Positions 36,070 through 48,326 of a DNA stretch of 64,000 nucleotides are shown here, in pieces (the first letter of the stretch is position 1; each line of letters begins with the position of its first letter). The notes beneath the pieces are model-generated. The model ran no database searches. It saw nothing but the letters and a program-made list of their open reading frames with translations, and was not told the DNA's origin. The translations under genes and the position numbers were made by a program. The DNA comes from Penicillus capitatus (lineage: Eukaryota; Plantae; Chlorophyta): contig OZ287702.1 in assembly GCA_965649825.1 (NCBI GenBank), positions 982,786 through 1,046,785 of the forward strand, read 5' to 3'.

Positions 36070-37315
36070 ATGCACGTGCACCTGGCCGGATGTCGAACGC
36101 GACGGGCGCTCGCGTCTCCACGCGTCCTTAGATCAAGAAGATTAACGAGAATCCAGACGCAACGTCGTTCGGATGGAACCAGACGCAGCTCTGTACAGAA
36201 TACGTACGGCAAGAAGATCCTGGTGCTTCCTGGATTTCTTAGTGGTTCAGCGGCATACCTCGAAATGGCGAAGATTCTGAACGAGAAAGGATACGATGCA
36301 GGTCAGCACTTATCAAAATTCTGCTCAATTTCGACATGTCGTCCACTAGATGTGCTCGAGATCTCGAAATCTGAATGGTTCCCGACGTTGATCGGCGGCA
36401 CCTTCGATTGGTATGTGAAACGACTGGTGAATCAGATCGACATCTTGCAGCAAACGCAATCGCATTTGACCCTTGTCTGCTCCATTTCTCTTTCAGAGAT
36501 CGTATTAGGATGCCGCATCTGCATTAGGTGGCCCATTCGGCAAGTGGCTGGATTGCCAGGATCTGTTTGGGATCCATTCCTTACATGGGTGCCGTATGTA
36601 TGAGGCCTCTCTTCGCAGAGACGAATCGGGTTTCTAGGAATGGAATGTCGCTGCAGTAGTAAAGTCCAAAAATTAATAACGCTTGGCACACCGCATCTGT
36701 CAAAAGAAGAGTATCCTTTTGGCAAATTCAAGGTCACACTTACGAATATTTACAGATGGCGAAGATGTGTTGTATAGGAGAACGTGTTTTCAACGGACGC
36801 ACACAATTCGGCCGCTGGCCAGTGGTCCAGTAGTTTACAGTTTGCCAACGATCTCTATGGCGATGCTGCTAAACTGAGTCCAGTGGAGATTGTCACCGTC
36901 ATTGGAAGTGGATTCTACGGTAAGCAAGCATATCTTGCTCACCATTCTGCCGAGCCGCATCGAGTTTTTCAATTGCAGGCAGAAATCTGAGTTTTGGAAA
37001 GCGATTGAGATATCTCTTGACACAAGGCTCTGTTCCTGACGAAGCCAGGTTGGAGGATTTTGCCTTTGCCTCATACAAAGTTAGATATCGCAACAGAATC
37101 GATCGTTGGGGATGCGTATCCTCTTCTAGGCCAACTGTGGATCGACCGATGCCGATGGCGACGGTGTATGCCCGGTTCAGACAGCTCTCCTTCCGGGTGC
37201 AGAGCATGTCATACTGCCCCACATCTTTCATGGACCAAACCGATACGGCCTTCCCTGGTACGGTTGCAGAAATGGAATCTCGCGTTGGTGCCAGTACCTG
37301 GACGAAAAGAATTGA
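36070..37315 (+). CDS. Alpha/beta hydrolase (PGAP1-like lipase/esterase), probably organelle-targeted
   Basis: ILVLPGFL, nucleophile elbow VAHSASGWIAR, LITLGTPH, DGDGVCPV..ALLPGA, ILPHIFH...WYG; several short introns. Confidence 0.85.
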
Positions 37316-37444
37316 TGGAAGAGAATGCATCTTTCAATATCCGCAACCAACAACAGCATCCCAAAAATCGCTCGCGCACTGTAAGCACTTTCTACTACGG
37401 CTTGACAATAGAATTAGGGAAGAGAAAAGGAAATGGGCTGCGTT

Positions 37445-38685
37445 TCAACCCTGAACGAATTTGATGCCTTTCTCGATGCTTCCTTTCAATTCCTCCTTGA
37501 GTTTCTCCAGACCTTCTGTCTCTGTATCCGAAAGGGTACCCAATGGAAGGTACTCTTCGATTCCACTCTTGCCCAGTTTCAACGGACTTGCAAAGAATGG
37601 TAAATCTGTGACATTTGAGGCAACATAAGCACATTCCACAACGTCTGCCTCTCCGGCCATCGCTTTGAGACAGGATTCGGTGAACTGAGCGGCGGCGTAG
37701 GCCATTGACAATGTTGCCGATCCTGTACCGGCCTTGGCATTCACCACCTCCGTTCCGGCATTCTGTATACGTTCTGTCAGCTTTGCCGCCTTTTCTGCGT
37801 CCAATGTCAGCGGCGGCTTTGATTGAGAGAGCAATGGCAGAATCGTGATTCCTGCGTGGCCGCCGATCACTGGAATGTGCACTTCCTTCGGATTCACTTT
37901 CAAGATCTCTCCAATAAAAGTCTTAGCCCGGACAATATCCAACGTGGTCACCCCAAACAGACGCTTTGGTTCATAGCATCCTAAACACAATTCGCTTTCA
38001 AAGCAGTCCACGCCATTACGTTTTTCTTACCCTTTGCTTTGAAGACCTCGGCTGCAATGGGCACCGTCGAATTGACGGGATTGGAGATGATACCGACCCA
38101 TGCATTGGGACAGTGCTCCGCCACGCCCTCACAGAGCGTCTTGACGATATTCGCGTTGATGTTGAACAAATCGTCGCGCGTCATGCCAGGTTTACGCGGA
38201 ACGCCTAAAACAATACCGCATCGCATTCTTTCCCTCATGGCGGCGCATCGCACCGGCAGGAATAATAACGAGTTCGCATCCCGTTAAACACGCCGCCAGT
38301 TCTCCATCGTCAGTGTGGGCCGTCACTGAACAGTCCGTATCGATGTGCGACAGATCGGCCGCTACGCCTGGTGTGTTGACAATGTCGTATAGACTGAGTT
38401 CTTTCACCAGAGGGTGGATCTTTAGTAGAAGGGAAAGGGGTTGGCCGATACCGCCAGCCGCACCGAGCAACGCAACTTTCACCTACACCGCCATCACGCA
38501 CTCCGTATTCAGCTGCGTTTCTATCAGAATCAATACCATGGTTTCGTTGAAGCAGAAAGAACGAATGAACGGCGCGACGAAAGACGAAGAATGGCGCGAC
38601 GAATCACGTGAGTTGTGCCAGCCGTTACTTGTGTACTTCTTGGCCGGTGGTCGAGATGTTGACTTAAGCGATAAAGACGTTCCAT
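37445..38685 (-). CDS. MDH: NAD-dependent malate dehydrogenase with N-terminal PTS2 (peroxisomal/glyoxysomal type)
   Basis: [60 protein letters not shown]; upstream exon [11 protein letters not shown] fits RLx5HL. Confidence 0.95.
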
Positions 38686-38721
38686 GAAAACGATTGCGGT
38701 ACGGCAGTCCTTCGAAAACCG

Positions 38722-41700
38722 ATGTCGTTCTACGGATGTTTGCAGGGCTGTCGCCAAGCGACGCCGTTCACCCTGCGCTGTGTACGAATCAGCACCCGAC
38801 GGATAACGCGAGCTGGATGGCGCGGTGATAAGCTGCGGTTCGCTGTCCTTGCAAGCAAAGGGTCGTCGTCATCCAAAGAGGCGGCTCCAAGGTGCACGCC
38901 TTCGCTGCCAAACGGTTGGTACGACGCACGTATAGGAAAGAAGAAACTCAACGGTTAGAGGAGGAGATTGTGCAGGAAGAAAAGACGACGCCTGACGAGA
39001 TCGTCCACGAAACGGTGGCGGCCGATCCGCCCAAATGGTCTGATGCGTTCCTTAACAGGCACGTCATCGCGGACATGACTCTATTGGCGGTCCCATCATA
39101 AGTCGCTGTCAGGAATTTTGGTCCCTGGGTATTGGGAGGCATCATTTCGAGTTTGGCTGTGTATCTGATCTATCTGGTTTTCATCAAGTGCGTCGATTGG
39201 ACGATATCCTATCAAGTGTGATGACGTGTGATGGATGATCGAAGGGATCGAACGATGGAGTTGAATCGGCTTGATACGGATTTGAAGGATGTGACGTCAA
39301 AGCTTCAAAGATTAAAAGAGATTCGGATGGAGCCAGATATGTCCGACACAGATATCATTCGAGTTCGTTCGTTCTTGCTCTCTCTCATGATCAAACAGAG
39401 AAAGCAAGATCCTGTAAAAGTCATCAACAGTGCCCTGTCGCTTCTGGGAGAAAGACACATGAACAAGAAAGGTAGACCAATGGTTCTGAGATCTCATTCA
39501 TAAGACACAAGTGTGCGATAGAGAAGAAGCTGGTACTGGGTTTTGATGAGAGGTTAAGGCCACAGACTCCAGATGTCGAGGAAGAATCTGCGTCTTCTTC
39601 CGATGGACTGTCGTTCATTAATGTCGAACCAGCGCCAAACAAACATCTTACGTCTATAGCCTTTAGCCCTGACGCCTCAGTTTTCTGGTGGCACAAACTA
39701 CCTTACATCTGCGTGCTTCAGATGAAAAGGAGTCGGGCAGTCTTCATGACGGCTGTCACTGGAAGAGGCGATGACAGTTTCGCATTGGTGGGATTCGAGG
39801 ATCCAGAAGAGGCGTTTCACGCGGGAAAGATGCCTATTCATGAGCAGTTCTGGGGTCTGTTGTCTGCGATCAAGGACGGCACAGCACTGCCGACGCGACC
39901 ATTGGAAGATGAAAAACACTTTGATTTAACATGGCTACACCCAAAAGAGTTCAATGCTCTGATAGAGAGTGTCAAGTGTTATGGACTGGTGATTCCGGCT
40001 GGAACGCTGCGATCCAAGCTGATAAATCGGCCTGTTCTTCCGCACGAGATCAAACCAGCAATTGATCGGGTATGATCCTCAATGGTCAGTCACATCGCTC
40101 TTCCGTTACATGCGTCTCTTTCAGATATGTCTGGACAAGAAAATCGGGGCAACGAAGGCACAGACTTCAGAACTGGATGCCATAATGGACAGTTCAGACA
40201 ACGCCGATGGGGAAGACGATAGCGTTGTTCGCTCTTTTGAAGAAGACGGTGTAGACCTTTTGCAACCGGAAGAGGAAACGACATCGAAGGTCATCGACAG
40301 CACTGGTACCGTGCAACAGGAAGAGAAAACGATATCGGACTTCATCGACGTTAATGGCATCTTGCAAGAGGAAGAGGATGAAACAGCATTAGACGTCGCC
40401 AATAGCAATGGCGCCTTGCAACAGGAAGACGAAAAGACATCGGATATGGCCGAAAGCAATGGCTCCTTGAAACAGGAAGAGCTAAAAGGCATCTCTGCGA
40501 ATGACCAATCATCGGTCATGCCGCAAGAACAGCTTCCATCAAAATCTATCAGTGAATCGAACGGGGACGTTGGCAACGGCGCCTCGGGAGAACTGTTCCG
40601 AAACCGACCACTGTCTGCAGAGAATGCGAACGCGACTAAGGCATCATCCTCTGAGACAGTCTCCCTCAATGGAGCCAGTTCTCCTGCCGACGAAACTGCC
40701 ACTGCTGATTCTTCTGATCTGTGGTGGATGTCGCTGGATTCTGTCATCATTCCCAAAATCAAACCTGGCGGCCAGGAAGGTGGCAATGTTGAAATCAACA
40801 TTTCTATCGATCCAGACGTGACAGACTTTCGGCCCATTCTCTTCGAAGACGAACGGGAGGCAAAAGGGTTTTTGGGAATCCTTGGACAGCTGCATGGACC
40901 AGAAACACTTGTCGCCACAGTAGCTCAATCACCCAGAGAGTTTTTGGACGAAAACACAAAACTGAAGCGAGATCAAATAGTGGTCCTCTGTACAGGCTCT
41001 CTCCTGTTAAACAGGGATGCTGACCGTAACGCTGTTCGGAATGCCATTCGAATGGCACATGTGGCTACAGAAATCAAGAAAGGCGTTTCTTCTGCACCAG
41101 AGAACGGAGTCGAAACAGATTTTGACAAGAGAGTCAAGAAAGTGGCAGAAGATGTGGTGTCAAACTTCAAAGACAGACTGGACAGCAATATACGCTCACA
41201 GAGTCGGCCGGGAGATGCAGCTTATAAAGATCCACTCGATGGACTGATGCACGATCTGGAACACGGAGGAGTGGAAGAACTTCTTGGGCTTGACAGCGAT
41301 GACGGCATCTCTGCCAAAGTGGGAGAGGATGGTCAGAAAGGGCCATTTCCAGGGGGGTACTTTGGTGGACAGAACGATCCCGGCGAAAAACTCTACGAGA
41401 AGTTTGCTGCCCGGATGACTGAAGGCATCAACAAAGCACGAGAGAATGTCCGGAACGCAGCTGCTCCATCTTCTGCGCCAAGCTCTCAGTCCAATCATGC
41501 TCAGGAACAGGAATTGAATGTCAGCTTAGACGCATTGATCCGTGAAAAGGAAGTGGAAGAAGAGAAAGAGTTCGAGAAGATGGGCGATGGAATTGAGGTC
41601 ATCTATCCAGACGACGTTAAGAATGATGAGCCTAAAGCCACCGGTTCGAGATGGTTCCGTGAACTCGATGCGATTTTCGTGCCGACGTATTTGACACCTC

Positions 41701-42020
41701 GAGGGCTCTCGACGTACATGGTCATGTCCGATACCGAGGAGAACAAAACGTTCGTTATCGCTTTCCAGGACAGAAAGGATGCCATGGCATGCAAAGAGAT
41801 AATGAAGTCATGGGAAGACAAGGAATACATCGCGGCTGGGATCGAGATGGTGCCCCCGCATACGTTGCTGAATTTCTGCGAAGAGTGTAACGTCATACCC
41901 GTCGTGATTCGGAGTTCTTCTGTCCCACTGACAGTAGGAATGACGCAATCCGACTTTCTGAATAAGATAGGAACCATTGCCAGAGTTCAAACAACAAATT
42001 ATCCAATATTCAAAGGATAA
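38722..42020 (+). CDS. Large plastid membrane protein with three copies of an EMB1703-C-terminal-like domain
   Basis: Transit peptide, TM (WVLGGIISSLAVYLIYLVFI), coiled coil; GT-AG introns join ORFs 38722, 39228, 39713 and 40062 into one frame; family assignment from memory. Confidence 0.65.
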
Positions 42021-42796
42021 TGTTGTGTAATTTTTTGGAGAGCTGCTTCTTTCCGCGTAAATAACGCCAAACCTTGTCGACGAACAAGAGAATGTCTATC
42101 TTGAAAACTGATCACTCGCCGTGTTTCGGCGTTTTCGAACGTAGATCTCGATGTTTTAGACAACGAGATGTGACTGACAATATACAGGCAAAGTGAGAAT
42201 CCGGAAGACGGTTTTTTACGACAGAACCGAACGATCGCACCAGACTGATAGTAACTCTGGTGTTGGTCGATATCGAGTCGAGGGCGCCGTGTTAAACCGA
42301 TTCGTGCATTTTTTTGAAGTTCACTCGACGAGGTTTAACGCTTTGCCCAAGGCGTTATTGTTGCTTCGCATATCTGTCTTATATAGATGGCAAAGCCGCA
42401 AAACACGCACAATCGATTACAAATTGGTCTTAAAGGATTATGTGTCCTCTTGCGGTCTGTTGTCTTCTCTCCGCGTTTTTTCAGCTTGCAAAAATTGAAT
42501 AGATACTTTTGTTCGTAAACAAGACTTGGCGTTATTTACGTGAGAAGAAGCAGGCGCAATTCGTTCGGATTACGACAGAGATGACACGCCAAAAGACACT
42601 CATGACATACAGTTGCTAATCTTCATGTGTTTCACTATATATTGCCAAGGAGGTCTTACAGAGGAAAATGGTCGAGGATTGCAAAGAGTTCAATGACAAA
42701 GAAATGTCTTCCGGTTTTCAAGCACACAAGATAATGAGCTCGTATAACTGAGTGTCCATCATGACAATTCTTATCACAGATATGTTGCTCGCCAAG

Positions 42797-45700
42797 CTAG
42801 GTGCCCGACTGTTTCTTCTTCTTGCCCTTTTGGGTCTGTTTTATCTTCTGCATTCCTGGCATTGCCAATTTGACAGATCCCAACATCACATTTGTCACTT
42901 CTGCCTCTGGAACATCTTTCATCAAGCGAATGTCTCGCTGCAAAGCATCGCGACTGTGGATCAAGAGTTCCGTCGCCTGTTTCCCCGCTTTCCCTTTCTT
43001 CACGCTACCAGGAAGCAGTTTCACCTACAAAGAGCACAAAAGCGGGGCCTATTGAACACAGTCTCTACTGTATACCTTGTATTTGCAATGCAAAAGAGCA
43101 TCGTAGGGTCCGCAACAAGGGACAGCAAAGAGTACAGTGTCATCCGGAAGAGGATTTCCTGTTAAGGAATCCAACTGATCCACTTCTGTCGTGTCGTTGG
43201 CCACAGACTCTTTCTCTTCGTCTTCCAACTCCGGATCAAGCTCTTCGTTGCTTGCGGCCTCCGAACCAACCTCCTCGCTGTCAGAGGTCTCCGGAGCAAA
43301 GGGAGTTTCTACCACAAACACGTGTCATCGGCGAAGCCACCATCCAATGTACCTGTGGCTTTTGCGATGGCTTCCTTGATTTCTTCTTCTTCCATTCTTG
43401 AGTCTTGAGGACCTTTGTGTGCCAGACGCTTTTCCGCTTTCTTTTGCTTTCTTTCCTCGCGCCTATCAGAAAACCCTCAAGTGTGATAAACGGATTTGGG
43501 GAGATAAGATGCCTCTGCTGTCTGGTTTTCTTTGTTCCTGCCGACTGCAACAGCTGCGACATTAATTTCAAATCCTCTTCATCCTTTCCTTTGTTTCTCT
43601 TATTCTTCTTTTTGCCGCCACGGTCTTTCGCAGCTGCCTCCTGTTTATCCTCTCGATCTTTTACGACCTCGCCGGCTGTTCCGGTCGAAGGATTCTTCTC
43701 CCCTGTATTGCTTGTCCTTCTGCTTTTCTTTTGATTGAGAGGAGGTTCTTCTTTGACATTTGTCTTCATCTCCAACTTGGAGTGAACTTCTGGCACATCT
43801 ATGCTGAGTCTCTTTGCCGGTTCTGAAGAAAAGTGATCCACAGATTCATCCAAGAATACATCCAATGCAGATCTGTTTGCGCCAGTCATTCTATCGGCTG
43901 TCTCTGTCTCTGGTGTCAAGTCATGATCGTCTTGATGATCGCCATCTGCAAAATGCTAGTTTCAACAAGATCACGGGCATGATGGATAACCCTTGGGTAA
44001 TTCGTCTTGAATCTTGGATGCCCGCTCTCCTTTGTGTCGTTCGATACAAGATTCTTCCAACTTGAACAAGAATCCAAACCCAAACGTCAGAGAGGCCGGT
44101 GGCAGATAATGTTTCTTTCCCCGGATCATGAAGCTCCCCGTCGTTAAGTACTCTCCTGTCGGCGCTGTCTTCGATACCTGTCAGGCACTTTACCGTGTCA
44201 AACGGTGTTTCATGTGCTGCCGGGTATACCTGTTCAGGGAATACCCACCATGCAGAGGTAATGACCTTTCCATCCCAGGCCTTGCTGCGACAGACACAGG
44301 CCACACCTGCTTGATGTAAAGACATAGGTGGAACAGCAATCCCTTCGAGAGAATCTTTGTCATCGCAGAGTAGGCTTTGAAGAGAAGCAACCTGGTTTGT
44401 CATTCTTGACGATGGTTGTTGATGCGCCGTGCAGATCGGCGTGAACATAGACGTCATCCTTCCTGAGAAATTCGTTGGCAGGATGCTTTGTACACGTGCT
44501 GTTCTACCCCATGTATCTCTTCACGAGCAGCTCGTTCTGTTGAGCATCTCTTCCACTGATAACGAGATAGTTCTCGGACGTAATGAACCAGTAGAATCTC
44601 TCAAACCAGTGCATCTTACGCAGCTGATGCATCGAGGCATTGGGTTTCGTCTTTCGGAGCTGAGCCTGAAACCTTCCACCGTTAAAACGAACAGAGCCAA
44701 CGATGATGTTGCAGACAGACCTGAACTTTCACTTCTGCTGCTTTGACTGCAGAAGCATTAGCTTCGTATGTCTTCTGCTCCTTTAGTGCATGCTTTTTGC
44801 GTTTCTCGAAGTGTCGACGTGCATTTGCAGCGGCTGCCAGACTTAAGTCCACCGTTACCTGGAACAAAATCTCGTTCCACGCACATCACCCATCGAGACG
44901 GATCATGTTTCGCACTTGTACGCATCTTGTTTTGTTTTCTTCTTCCTCTGTTTGCGAAATCTCATCATCGAGTAAAATGACAGCAGCATTCTGCTCCAGT
45001 TGCAGAGAATGGACGCGTTCTACATCTCCTCAGTAAACAGTAGAGTATGCCGACAGCTTTTCGAAACCTGCGATTGGATTGCCTTGATCAGCTTCCGTCT
45101 TGATAAGAGATTTCACCTCATCCCAACTCATGCCGTTGGCTAGAACAGAGTTTACTGCCAGAATAACTGCGACACATAACAATACGATGCATCCAACTGA
45201 GTACTTGCATCCCATACGTACCCTCGTCAACAATGTCCAGATGGTATTCGATCAGTTGACCTTGGAGATCTTCATGAGCGGCTTCTGCTTGAAGCTTTGC
45301 CGCTCTCGTTTCTAAATCTTGCTTTGTCTTCGTCAGTCGAGCTTCGGCTGCCTGCTGTGCAGCCGCCTCTGCCTGAGCTAACTTCTGTCCTTCTTTCTGC
45401 GATGTGACAGCATGAGAAAACTCCAGGCATCGATGACAACAGCACTTTGGAATAGAATTCGTCCAATGCCTGATCGAATGTTTCAAAAGCTTTGTGAGGT
45501 CGATCTCGGTGCTGATACAAGAGAAATGGCTCGCACTCTTGATACACTACTGCCGCACCCTCTCTTGCACTATCTTGTTCGCCGGATGGTTTTGTTTCTG
45601 CACGAAAAATTCAGAAGGCTGATGCAGATCTCATTCGTCAAAACCTGCAAGAAGGATGAATCCAGTGGAAGAATTCGTGTGGCAGTTATGAAACCACTGC

Positions 45701-46635
45701 TCTATGCCTTTAATCTCTTTTAGCAGACATTGCATCGTGGGGTCTTCCATCAGATCGTTTTTGTCGACAGCGGTTCCATCGGCTGACGGAAAGCGCTGCT
45801 TTGGATCCAACCCGGCACTCAGAATCACATGCTCTGCACATGCGCTTCCGAATGGCAGCAGCTGTGTGACGATGTTCTTCAAGGACCGAGGCTCTGGTCT
45901 CTGAAAGAAGCTTTCTATGAGTTCCGTCTCCGTCACGGGTGTGGGCATTCGAATATGTTGCACTGGATACGGACGCTTTGGCATCAGTACATAACTGCAC
46001 GCACTCACGTCGCATCACCATTGCTCTTTCTCATACATTCCTTCCTCACTTGCTCTCTCCATCACTGTGCGTCCTCAGCAACGTCAACACTTCATACTTG
46101 TGATCCGTCAGGACAATGTTCCCCTGAGTGCGAAGAAACATGCCTGCGGCAGGGGCACGATGGGATACCATACCTGAGCGTACATCTCCAGAATGAGGTG
46201 AATCGATTTCTCTCCTTGTCCGAAAGTGAAATCGACAATGCGATCCACGCCCAATTGCCGGACATCGTTCAATCGCCTATGACGAATGTGCTTTCTGAGT
46301 TTCAGATTCATGTTTGAAGGGAAATCGGATCGCTGTCTGTCATACTGCACACCCCAATTACGTAATTATGAATCATAGACTTGTCACCTGGGTCGTATGC
46401 AGTCGACAGCCACTCTCTAGTAACACGAAAATCTTCTCTCCCGCTTCTCCTGACGTCCCCAATTTCAGAACATACGTCTGCAATCCACTGGGTTTCTTTT
46501 CTGAGAGATGACAAAAGTGGATACTACCTTGGGGTTGATATCGAAGACGTTGATGAGCTGCATTCCCAGAATGCGCTTTCGCAGACAGGCCACTTCTGCG
46601 GCGACATCGATGGTCGAAAGCTGTTGCCTGCCCAT
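42797..46635 (-). CDS. NEMF: NEMF/Rqc2 ribosome quality-control factor
   Basis: [57 protein letters not shown]; DUF3441-type end [21 protein letters not shown]...[16 protein letters not shown]. Confidence 0.93.
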
Positions 46636-46794
46636 TCCGTACAATAGATCTCAAAATGCCATTCATCGACACCGAACGCTGCAAATTGCTCATTGTCGTG
46701 GCGGCGTCTGCGTTTCACTCAGACGAAACAGCACCAATACCTCATTCGATTCCTCGCATCCACCACATTCACGAACGCGTGACGATTCTCCAAG

Positions 46795-47386
46795 ATGATG
46801 ATCGAAAAGAAAGATCGCAAAGAAGTTTACCGATACCTCTTTCAAGGTACCTCTTGTTTTCTAAAAACCCCAAAACTCAAAGGAAAGTGGTAGAGGGAGT
46901 GCTGTTCGCTGAAAAGAACTATCAGCTGGAGAAGCATCCGGAGATCGAAGTTCGGAACCTCTATGTCATCAAGCTGATGCAATCGTTCAAGAGTCGTGAG
47001 TTGGTGAAGGAGCGTTTTGCCTGGAGACATTACTACTGGTTCTTGACACCCAAGGGCGTCGAGTATCTACGTGAGTATCTCAATCTCCCTGAAGACATTG
47101 TTCCTGCCACTCATAAACAACGCACACGCGGAGACCGTCCCGGAGGACCACCGAGAAGATTTGAAGATCGCGGACCGCCGCCAGAAGGAAGAGGAGACTT
47201 TCGTGGGGGATACAGGGAAGGACCATCAGCCACAGAGAAGGTCGGACTCAGAAAGATACATATACCCACAAACACAGATATGACTATCATGTCCTGCAGG
47301 AAGGAGCAGGAGGAGACTATCAACCGAGATACGAGCGTCCTGGCTTCGGACGTGGTCGCGGATTCTCTCAGCCTCCTCAGGGATGA
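46795..47386 (+). CDS. RPS10: 40S ribosomal protein S10 (eS10)
   Basis: [60 protein letters not shown]; two GT-AG introns. Confidence 0.97.
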
Positions 47387-48326
47387 GATCCGTCCGCTTT
47401 GGATCCATTTCAACTCAATGGCATTGCTCTGTGTGACTGAGATGACTGTTTAAAAACGGGTGGTGCCTCGGAATGGAATTCTCGATTGGGAAACTCTCGC
47501 CAGACTATCCCCCTTGCAACGGACTCATAGATTGCGCCCCTACTAGGGCAACCTAAGATCAAACAGCTGAAACGGTGCCGGCAAAACGCGAGAGAATTTT
47601 TGATCTTTCGGTCACAGAAGGAGAAAGGAAACGGCAAATTCCAGCCCTTCTTTACGTGTTTTGTTTGCTGTATTACAGGCACTGTGGTTAACGTGAGCAT
47701 GAAATAATGCTGCTCTGTCGGCATTTCTACTGGCAACTATCCGTTGACCAATGTTCAGTAAAGTAATCGGACAGATTTTCCAAACCTCTCAAATAACCGG
47801 CCATGTTACTGTACTGCATCTATCTCGACGTAAATGGTAAGAAAATCCGCACTCGAAAGAGTTCATTTCTTTCGATCTCGCAACGCCGCCGAGAAAAGTT
47901 CGTGCATAAAGATCTCTCATCATTATAGAAACCCAAGACATTACGCGAGCATCCGTTACCAGTTGTATAGACTCAAACATCAAATGACTGTCAAGAACTC
48001 GCACTTGTGCACTCCCGATCGTTTGTAACTCACTATGATATGCAAGCTAGATAAAGTAGATTTTATGCTCTAGTAAGAATTCTGCTATCAGGAAGTAGAG
48101 ATTACTAAAGCACAAGGCGATATGGAAGCTTTATTAGTCAAGACAAAAACAGAGACGCAAAACTCCCTGCCGCTAAAATCACCTGACTACAATTACAGAT
48201 CTGTCCACTGTCGTCGGCTTCTTGCGTAACAAACTGTGTGGAGTAATCGATCTTCGTACTTTGACAAATTCTTAGATAGGGGAAGGCGTTCCAAATACAA
48301 TCATTGATTGTGTGTGGAACGGGTGT

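Noticed and set aside
40121-40918. 265-aa Ser-rich minus-strand ORF and similar long antisense ORFs
   Set aside because: Shadow of an acidic low-complexity plus-strand exon; expected from codon composition.
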